Below, piece after piece: positions 1 to 6,447 of a DNA stretch of 11,118 nucleotides. Under the pieces are notes generated by a model, which had not been told where the DNA came from, searched no databases, and saw only the letters and a program-made list of their open reading frames with translations. The stretch is taken from the NCBI GenBank assembly GCA_043779265.1, contig JAYWEM010000067.1, forward strand, positions 1-11,118. The letters are read 5' to 3'. This stretch comes from a bacterium. GTDB lineage: Bacteria; Eisenbacteria; RBG-16-71-46. The position numbers and the translations under genes were made by a program. Each line of letters begins with the position of its first letter. Position 1 is the first letter of the stretch.

Positions 1-2
1 GC

Positions 3-1169
3 ATCGTCGTCGCCGAGGGCACGACCGTGCTGGTCGGCACCGAGATCGGCCAGATCGGCGGCGCCGGCGAAGCCGCGGCTCCTGCGGCAGCCGCGCCCGC
101 CGCTCCGGCTGCCGCCGCCGCCGTGGCCCCCAGGCCCGCCGCGCCTCGCAACGGTTCCCCCGCGCCCGCAGCGGCTCCGGTGCATGCGACCTCGTCGGTC
201 GCCGTCGCCGACCTTTCGCGCAACCTGTCGCCCGCCGTGCGCAAGCTGATCCGCGAGCACAGCGTGGCTGCCCACGAGGTGACGGCGATCCGCGGCAGCG
301 GACTGGCCGGCCGCGTGACGCGTGATGATCTGCTGGAGTACATCGGCAACCGTCCGGCTGGCGGCGCGCCTGCGCCGGCGGCCCCTGCGGCGCCCGTCAC
401 CGCACGCCCGGGCTCGCTGCCCGGCTATCTGCAGGGGGCCACGATGGCGGCGGCCGCCGGCGGCGAGCGCGAGGAGATCATCCCGTTCACGCGCATCCGC
501 AAGGTCATCTCCGACAACATGGTCAAGGCGAAGCACACGGCGGCGCACACGCACTGCTTCGACGAGGTCGATCTCTCGGCCGTGGTGGCGCTGCGCAAGG
601 AGTGGGCGCCCAAGCTGGAGCAGCAAGGCGTCAAGCTCACGTACATGGCGTTCTTCATCAAGGCCGCGGTGCTCGCACTCAAGGAGTATCCGTGGATCAA
701 CGGCTCGGTCGCGCCGACCGGGGACGCGATGATCGTGAAGCACTACTACAACATCGGGATCGCCGTGGGCCGGGAGGACAAGGGCCTCATCGTCCCGAAC
801 CTGAAGGACTGCGACCGCAAGAACATCGTGCAGATCGCCAGCGAGCTGGCCGATCTCGCGTCGCGAGCGCGCAAGGACAAGCTGACCGCCGATGACATCC
901 AGGGCGGCACGTTCAGCATCTCGAACGCCGGCGTGTTCGGCGCCGTCAACTCGGCGCCGGTCATCAACGTGCCGGACGTGGCGATCCTCGGCGTGCACAA
1001 GATCATGGACCGGCCCATCGTGCGAAACGGGCAGATCGTCATCGCCCCGGTGATGAACGCCGTCATCGGGTTCGATCACCGCGTCATCGATGGCGAGATG
1101 GCGGTTAAGTACCTGCGCCGGGTCTGCGAACTGCTCGAGCGTCCAGAACTCCTGTGGTTCTACGCCTGA
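3..1169 (+). CDS. Dihydrolipoamide acyltransferase (E2) of a 2-oxoacid dehydrogenase complex, 5'-truncated by the window; substrate specificity not determinable
   Basis: Frame is open from base 3 (IVVAEGTTVLVGTEIGQI, the end of a lipoyl domain). It continues through an Ala/Pro linker, an E3-binding domain (LSPAVRKL...GSGLAGRVTRDDL) and a catalytic domain with GGTFSISN and DHRVIDG. Stop TGA at 1167-1169. Confidence 0.95.
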   Translation: MVVAEGTTVLVGTEIGQIGGAGEAAAPAAAAPAAPAAAAAVAPRPAAPRNGSPAPAAAPVHATSSVAVADLSRNLSPAVRKLIREHSVAAHEVTAIRGSGLAGRVTRDDLLEYIGNRPAGGAPAPAAPAAPVTARPGSLPGYLQGATMAAAAGGEREEIIPFTRIRKVISDNMVKAKHTAAHTHCFDEVDLSAVVALRKEWAPKLEQQGVKLTYMAFFIKAAVLALKEYPWINGSVAPTGDAMIVKHYYNIGIAVGREDKGLIVPNLKDCDRKNIVQIASELADLASRARKDKLTADDIQGGTFSISNAGVFGAVNSAPVINVPDVAILGVHKIMDRPIVRNGQIVIAPVMNAVIGFDHRVIDGEMAVKYLRRVCELLERPELLWFYA

Positions 1170-1945
1170 GAGGCACGCTCCACGCGAGCGCCCTGGGCGA
1201 GACCCCCTATCGAGAGGGTCTCGCGCTTCAAGATGTGCTCGTCGCGCTGCGTGCGAACGGGGACATCGGGGATTGGGTGCTCTATCCCGATCACGAGAGC
1301 GTGCTCACGATCGGACGCAATCCGAGTGAGGGGAATCTGCTCGCCGATGCCGCGACGCTCGATCGGCTGGGCGTCGAGGTGTTCGAGGTGCCGAGAGGCG
1401 GCGACGTCACGTGGCATGGCCCCGGCCAACTGGTCGGTTATCCCGTCGTGTCTCTCGACCGTGTGGACCGCGACCTGCATCGCTGGCTGCGCGCCCTCGA
1501 GGAGGCCATCATCGTGGCGCTGGCGGCTCACGATCTCGAGGCCAGGCGTGTGCCCGGCCGCACCGGAGTGTGGCTCGACGAGCATCGCAAGATCGCGTCC
1601 ATCGGCGTCGCCGTCCGCCGTTGGGTGGGCTATCATGGTTTCGCGCTGAATGTGTGCCCGGATCTGGCGGGATTCGAGCTCATCCACCCCTGCGGCCTGC
1701 ATGGCATTCGCATGACGTCGATGCACGAGGCGCTGGGGGGGAGGGGGCCGTCGCTGGCGCAGATGCGCCACTCGGTCACCGAGGCGCTGGCGGTTCAATT
1801 GGGCTACGAGGCGGTGCGCTGGGCGCCCCCCGAGGAGCCACGACAACTCGCCCGCGCCTCTCACGCCGCCGCTGCATCCAACGAGACATCCACCCCCTCG
1901 AGTCTTTCGAACTCTTCAGGAGGTAGTCCCCCATGGTCACCCTGA
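1154..1945 (+). CDS. lipB: Octanoyltransferase LipB
   Basis: Motifs RGGDVTWHGPGQLVGYP, KIASIG, HGFALNV and catalytic PCG. Start is uncertain: GTG at 1154, or CTG at 1166 overlapping the E2 stop. Confidence 0.93.
   Translation: MVLRLRGTLHASALGETPYREGLALQDVLVALRANGDIGDWVLYPDHESVLTIGRNPSEGNLLADAATLDRLGVEVFEVPRGGDVTWHGPGQLVGYPVVSLDRVDRDLHRWLRALEEAIIVALAAHDLEARRVPGRTGVWLDEHRKIASIGVAVRRWVGYHGFALNVCPDLAGFELIHPCGLHGIRMTSMHEALGGRGPSLAQMRHSVTEALAVQLGYEAVRWAPPEEPRQLARASHAAAASNETSTPSSLSNSSGGSPPWSP
1918..1924 (+). promoter_or_regulatory. Shine-Dalgarno site for the IscA-family gene
   Basis: AGGAGGT lies 8 nt upstream of ATG 1933. Confidence 0.8.
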
Positions 1946-2259
1946 CCGACATCGCGAGCGTCAAGCTCAACGAGCTCCTCACGCAGCAGCCCCAGCCCGT
2001 GCTCGGCCTCCGCCTCTCGGTGTTCGCCGGTGGCTGTTCGGGCCATCAGTACGGCATGTCCTTCGCCGAGGCCCAGAACGAGAACGACTGGGTCGGCGAG
2101 TTCGGTGGCGTCCGCGTGTTCGTCGATCCCGACAGCGCCAAGTTGCTCGAGGGCGTCCAAGTCGATTACGTCGAGTCGCTGCAGGCGACCGGATTCACGA
2201 TCAGCAACCCGAACGCGGCGCGCTCGTGCGGCTGCGGCAAGTCGTTCGAGACCGAGTAG
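1933..2259 (+). CDS. iscA: A-type iron-sulfur cluster carrier (HesB/IscA/SufA/ErpA family)
   Basis: 108 aa with GGCSG and C-terminal SCGCGKSF motifs, plus a strong RBS. The subfamily is not resolved. Confidence 0.93.
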   Translation: MVTLTDIASVKLNELLTQQPQPVLGLRLSVFAGGCSGHQYGMSFAEAQNENDWVGEFGGVRVFVDPDSAKLLEGVQVDYVESLQATGFTISNPNAARSCGCGKSFETE

Positions 2260-2284
2260 CCCTTTTCTTCGAGGAGTCCCCGAC

Positions 2285-2704
2285 GTGCGCATCACGTTGT
2301 TCACGGTGGATGAGGCCAATGCGATCCTGCCGCAGACGAAACCTCGTCTCGAGCGGCTGGTGATGCAGAAGCGCGAGTTCGACAAGATCGAGGCGCGCAC
2401 CGCCATCCTGTCGATCGCCACCGCCGGCGCCGCTCCGGACAATCCGGACGCACTCGAACTCGCAGCGCTGCTCGAGAAGCGCCGACGCCTCGGCGAGATC
2501 ATCGGACGCGGTGCCCAGGAACTCCACGAGAAGGGCGTGATGGTCAAGGACCTCGACCGCGGGCTCGTCGACTTCTACGCCTTGTCCGGCGACCGTCTGA
2601 TCTTCCTGTGCTGGCACTTGGGCGAGTCGGATGTCTCGCACTGGCACGCGCTCGACTCGGGCTTTCGTGGCCGGCAGCCACTCAAGGGCGCCGGACTCGA
2701 ATGA
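2285..2704 (+). CDS. DUF2203-family protein (139 aa)
   Basis: GTG start at 2285 with GAGGAG at 2271-2276. The segments FTVDEANAILP and KDLDRGLVDF...LCWHLGE...HWH...GFRGRQPL match the DUF2203 pattern as I recall it. The stop overlaps the nadA start (ATGA). Confidence 0.8.
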   Translation: MRITLFTVDEANAILPQTKPRLERLVMQKREFDKIEARTAILSIATAGAAPDNPDALELAALLEKRRRLGEIIGRGAQELHEKGVMVKDLDRGLVDFYALSGDRLIFLCWHLGESDVSHWHALDSGFRGRQPLKGAGLE

Positions 2705-3861
2705 CCCGGGTCTCGCTGCAGCCCCCGCTGCCGGCGGGGGCCCGCCCGTTCTCCGAGTACGCCGCACTCGGCGCCTCGGCGATCGAGTCGCGCATTCTCG
2801 CCGCGAAGCGGGCGCTGGGCTCTCGAGTGGTGATCCTCGGTCACCACTATCAGCGAGAGAGCGTGGTCGCGTTCGCCGATTTCCGCGGCGACTCGTTCAA
2901 GCTGTCGCAGTTGGCGGCCGATCAGCACGCGGCCGAGACGATCGTATTCTGCGGCGTGCACTTCATGGCGGAGTCCGCGGACATCCTGCGCCAGCCGCAT
3001 CAGACGGTCGTGCTGCCGGATCTCAAGGCCGGCTGCTCGATGGCCGACATGGCCTCGATCGATGACGTCGAGGACGCCTGGGAGCGCCTGATCGCCGTGC
3101 ACGGCGAAGTGTTCACGCCGATCACCTACATGAACTCGACCGCGGCGATCAAGGCTTTCGTCGGCCGTCATGGCGGCGTCGTCTGCACCTCGAGCAACGC
3201 CGCGACCGTGCTCGAGTGGGCGTGGGCGCGGAAGCCCAAAGTGTTCTTCTTCCCCGATCAGCATCTCGGTCGCAACACCGCCTTCGGCATGGGCGTGCCG
3301 CTCGAGCAGATGGCGGAGTGGGATTGGCGCGCAACCGATCCGGTCGCCGCCAACCAGGCCGCGCTCGGATCCGATGCCCGCATCGTGCTGTGGCGCGGCT
3401 TCTGCTCGGTGCACACCAAGTTCACCAAGAGTCAGATCGACGAACTCCGTGCGGCGAACCCGGCGGTGAAGGTGCTGGTGCATCCCGAGTGCCCGTTCGA
3501 CGTGGTGCAGGCCGCCGACCTCGTGGGCTCGACCGAGTTCATCATCGAGAGCGTGCGCCGGGCGACCGCTGGAACGCATTGGGCGATCGGCACCGAGGTG
3601 AACCTGGTGCACCGACTCGCGCTCGAGCACCCCGAGCAGGACGTGCAGTTGTTGCAGAAGAACGTGTGCCCGTGTGCGACCATGAACCGGATCGACCCGG
3701 CGCACCTGCTGTGGACGCTCGAGAATCTCGCGGAAGGTCATGTGGTCAATGCCGTCCGCGTGCCCGATGACGTGAAGCGCGATGCGCGCGTGGCGCTCGA
3801 TCGCATGCTGGCCCTCAAGGGCAGCGGACGGATCGAGACCGCTGCGATGGCCAAGGACTGA
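2701..3861 (+). CDS. nadA: Quinolinate synthase NadA ([4Fe-4S] enzyme)
   Basis: Motifs ILGHHYQ, FCGVHFMAE, AGCSMA, YMNS, CTSSNA, FPDQHLG, CSVH, HPEC, GST and CATM. ATG 2701 sits in an ATGA overlap with the upstream stop. Confidence 0.96.
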   Translation: MTRVSLQPPLPAGARPFSEYAALGASAIESRILAAKRALGSRVVILGHHYQRESVVAFADFRGDSFKLSQLAADQHAAETIVFCGVHFMAESADILRQPHQTVVLPDLKAGCSMADMASIDDVEDAWERLIAVHGEVFTPITYMNSTAAIKAFVGRHGGVVCTSSNAATVLEWAWARKPKVFFFPDQHLGRNTAFGMGVPLEQMAEWDWRATDPVAANQAALGSDARIVLWRGFCSVHTKFTKSQIDELRAANPAVKVLVHPECPFDVVQAADLVGSTEFIIESVRRATAGTHWAIGTEVNLVHRLALEHPEQDVQLLQKNVCPCATMNRIDPAHLLWTLENLAEGHVVNAVRVPDDVKRDARVALDRMLALKGSGRIETAAMAKD

Positions 3862-3863
3862 AC

Positions 3864-4946
3864 ATGAGCGACCTGCTGCCGCCCGAGGGCGGCGATGACC
3901 TGGTGAGCATCGGCGAGCCCGGCGCCGGCCCCGAGATCGGTGTCTACGGCGCGCCGCGCCCCGCGGTGCCGCAGCGCGTGCCGCTGGCGCCGCGCACCAA
4001 GGGCTGCGCCTCGGGCGCGGGTGCCGCCGCGATCGCCGACCCGGCGACCTTCAAGCGCCTGCCCGAGTGGCTCAAGATCAAGCTGCCGGGCGACGGCGAG
4101 TACGCCGAGACCAAGGCGCTGCTTCGAGAGAAGAAGCTGGTGACCGTGTGCGAGGAGGCGCGCTGCCCCAACCTCGGCCACTGCTGGGCGCGCGGCACCG
4201 CCACGATCATGATCCTGGGCGAACTGTGCACGCGCCGCTGTGGCTTCTGCGCGGTGGCGCCCGGTCGGCCCAACGGCTACGTCGATTGGGACGAGCCGCG
4301 CCGCGTCGGCGAGGCGGTGGCGGCGATGAACCTGCGGCACACCGTGATCACCTCCGTGGCGCGCGATGATCTCAAGGACGGCGGCAGCACCGTGTTCGCC
4401 ATGGTCATCGAGGAGATCCGCAAGCGCTCGGGCACCGTGGTCGAGGTGCTGATCCCCGACTTCCGCGGCTCGGCCGCCGACTTGCAGCGTGTGATCGACG
4501 CCCGCCCCGAGGTGGTCAACCACAACCTCGAGACCATCGAGCGCCTGCACGGCGACGTGCGACCCAGCGCCCGATACGACCGCTCGCTCGAGTTGCTGCA
4601 GCGCGTGGCGGCGAGCGGCACGGGCATCAAGGCGAAGAGCGGCCTCATGGTGGGCCTGGGCGAGACCGAGGACGAGATGCGGCGCGCGATGGAGGACCTG
4701 CGGGCGCACGATTGCCATCTGCTGACGATCGGGCAGTACCTGCGGCCGTCCAAGATGCATCTGGCGGTGCACGAGTACGTGCACCCGGATCAGTTCGCGC
4801 GCTATCAGCAGATGGCCGAGGCGATGGGCTTCGAGAACGTGGCCTCGGGCCCGCTCGTGCGCTCGAGCTATCACGCCGACCTGCTCGCGGGCACGGTCAA
4901 GCCGGGCGAGGCGAGCAAGGCGGGGTCGGGCGGCGGCGTCAGGTAG
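3864..4946 (+). CDS. lipA: Lipoyl synthase LipA (radical SAM)
   Basis: CEEARCPNLGHC (auxiliary cluster, CX4CX5C), CTRRCGFC (CX3CX2C), GQYLRP and RSSYHA. AAGGA at 3853-3857 precedes the ATG. Confidence 0.97.
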   Translation: MSDLLPPEGGDDLVSIGEPGAGPEIGVYGAPRPAVPQRVPLAPRTKGCASGAGAAAIADPATFKRLPEWLKIKLPGDGEYAETKALLREKKLVTVCEEARCPNLGHCWARGTATIMILGELCTRRCGFCAVAPGRPNGYVDWDEPRRVGEAVAAMNLRHTVITSVARDDLKDGGSTVFAMVIEEIRKRSGTVVEVLIPDFRGSAADLQRVIDARPEVVNHNLETIERLHGDVRPSARYDRSLELLQRVAASGTGIKAKSGLMVGLGETEDEMRRAMEDLRAHDCHLLTIGQYLRPSKMHLAVHEYVHPDQFARYQQMAEAMGFENVASGPLVRSSYHADLLAGTVKPGEASKAGSGGGVR

Positions 4947-4955
4947 TCGCGGCGT
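4943..4955 (+). repeat. Left arm of 13-bp inverted repeat GTAGTCGCGGCGT (contains the lipA stop)
   Basis: Exact reverse complement of 6435-6447. Confidence 0.85.
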
Positions 4956-6110
4956 CACGGCGCTGCGGCAGCGTGTACGGCGCGTTTGGCCCCCATGAAC
5001 GTTGCGCCGAGACGGCGCTCGGCCTCGAGCTGATTGTGCGCACGGCAGAGCAGTCTCAGATTGTCGACTTCGCTCGTGCCGCCGAGCGACACGGGTTTCA
5101 CATGGTCGATCTCGAGCCCGAATCGTGACTCGCATGGCCGGCCGGTCGCGCTCACGAACTGGCAGCGGCCGGCGTCGCGTGCCCAGACGGTGCGCCGCGC
5201 CGCGCGGGGGATGTGCCTGCCCGCGTGTGAAGCGGCCTCGCGCTTCGACTCCGCGACGGGCGATGCCGCCGTGTCGGTATTCCGAGCCCGCCGCCTCTGG
5301 CCGCTTCAGCGCAGCTTTGCGCGAGCGCTCGAGCTTCTTGAGCAACGCATCGAGCGCGAGCTCGAGGACCTGGGACATGTCGTTGGGCGGCACCCGCGGG
5401 CCGAGCAGGTCCTGCACTTCGCGGAGTTTGGCGTGCACGGCAGCGCTCAGGGTGCACTGGAGCGCGTTGCTGGCGGGCGAGAGCGGGGCGATGCGGGTGT
5501 AGGTGATCGCCGGGACCGGCGAGGCCGAAGCGACCACGAGGGGCGCCGTCGGATTCGTCTCGACCTCCCCGTTGTCCCGCAACGCGAGAGGTGCCTCAAC
5601 TGGCCGTGCGGCCAGTTCGCGTGTCATCTCACTGACCTCCGAGGCCGACGTGACCGGTGCGGACGTGGGCGTGGCAAGCGCGAACATCACGGTCGGCACG
5701 TCCGGCTGCGGGAAGCGCTCAGCCAACAGCGCGAGCACTTGCTTGTTGGTCTTGCCGGTGGCGTCGTGTAGCAGCGCCTCACCGATCGCAGGGGTCGGAT
5801 ATCTCGAGAGCAGCTTGATGGCGCTGACGTTGCTGCGGCCGTCGGCGATCATCTCGAACACGATCGGGAATCTCCGGCCTGTTCGCGCGGAGCGCAGGTG
5901 CTTGTACGCCTGATCCTCCGACATGTGCATGTGCAGGACGCAGAAGTGGTGGGCCGAAGGGTAGCCGGCCGCACGAAACAGCTTGCGGCGATCGAACTCG
6001 GCGAGGAAGCGCAGGAACTCGGCGGTCTGTTCTCGGCTGGATCGGCAGGTCTCGATGGTGCCCGCGAGGACCGCGTGATCTTCGAGCTGGCGCAGCGAAC
6101 CGACATGCAT
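4955..6110 (-). pseudogene. HNH endonuclease with a long N-terminal (DUF222-like) region, split by a +1 frameshift
   Basis: The N-terminal part runs from ATG 6110 (alternative 6152): MHVGSLRQLED...FLAEFDRRKLF...GYPS...LLAERFPQPDVP...LDALLKKLERSRKAALKRP. The C-terminal part is in the +1 frame: RHIPRAARRTVWARDAGRCQFVSATGRPC...LEIDHVKPVSLGGTSEVDNLRLLCRAHN, ending at TGA 4957-4955. The span of 1156 nt is one more than a multiple of 3. Confidence 0.8.
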
Positions 6111-6379
6111 TCGCACGGATGTCGCCTCATGCAGGGGCGGGTAGGTGTGCATTCGTATCACGCGCGTTCGCGGCGGCCACGCATGGCGCACACGCGACGA
6201 ACGCACCGCCGCACCGCAACGTGCGAGCGAACATGCACGACAGCGCGTCTCACGCGATCCTCATGCGCTCTTCGGCATGTGCAAACGGCACTCGCGCGCC
6301 TGTGCAAGCAGCTCACGTGAAGGCGTCAAGTCAAGTCTTCGCGAGGTGTCCCGTGTCACCGCTCTGATTCACCGAACGT

Positions 6380-6419
6380 CGAACGGCCGGCCCGAGGTCG
6401 CCCCCGAGCCGGCCGTTCG
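6380..6419 (-). terminator. Long stem-loop downstream of the peptidase gene (terminator-like or element-end hairpin)
   Basis: Perfect 12-bp arms at 6380-6391 and 6408-6419. On the minus strand the stem extends to 18 bp with two G-U pairs and a GCGA loop. No U-tract follows. Confidence 0.6.
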
Positions 6420-6434
6420 CATGTGCTCTCGATT

Positions 6435-6447
6435 ACGCCGCGACTAC
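6435..6447 (-). repeat. Right arm of the 13-bp inverted repeat (contains the peptidase stop)
   Basis: ACGCCGCGACTAC on the + strand is the reverse complement of 4943-4955. Confidence 0.85.

Larger units (their letters stand above)
4943..6447. mobile_element. Putative HNH-carrying inserted element between convergent lipA and peptidase genes
   Basis: Bounded by a perfect 13-bp inverted repeat. Contains an HNH gene, an atypical non-coding leader and a long hairpin. No transposase motif is seen, so mobility is inferred. Confidence 0.45.

Noticed and set aside
60..460. GCC/CCG-rich quasi-repeats
   Set aside because: They encode the ordinary Ala/Pro linkers of E2 and are not a DNA repeat array.
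2030..2700. Longer starts in the ORF track for the DUF2203-like gene (2030) and nadA (2608)
   Set aside because: They overlap the preceding genes extensively. The RBS-supported GTG 2285 and the ATGA-coupled ATG 2701 fit better.
4948..4987. Imperfect hairpin followed by TTT as a lipA terminator
   Set aside because: The stem is mismatched, the loop is very small, only three U follow, and it lies within the HNH coding end.
3738..6206. 822-aa minus-strand ORF as a single real protein
   Set aside because: Only about 6110-5300 looks like a real coding region (HNH N-terminal part). The rest is out-of-frame read-through and the antisense shadow of lipA, which is common in high-GC DNA.
6324..6334. 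Tandem TTGAC on the minus strand as a -35 box for the HNH gene (similarly TTGACT at 8584-8579 for the peptidase)
   Set aside because: There is no convincing -10 hexamer at 16-18 nt spacing.
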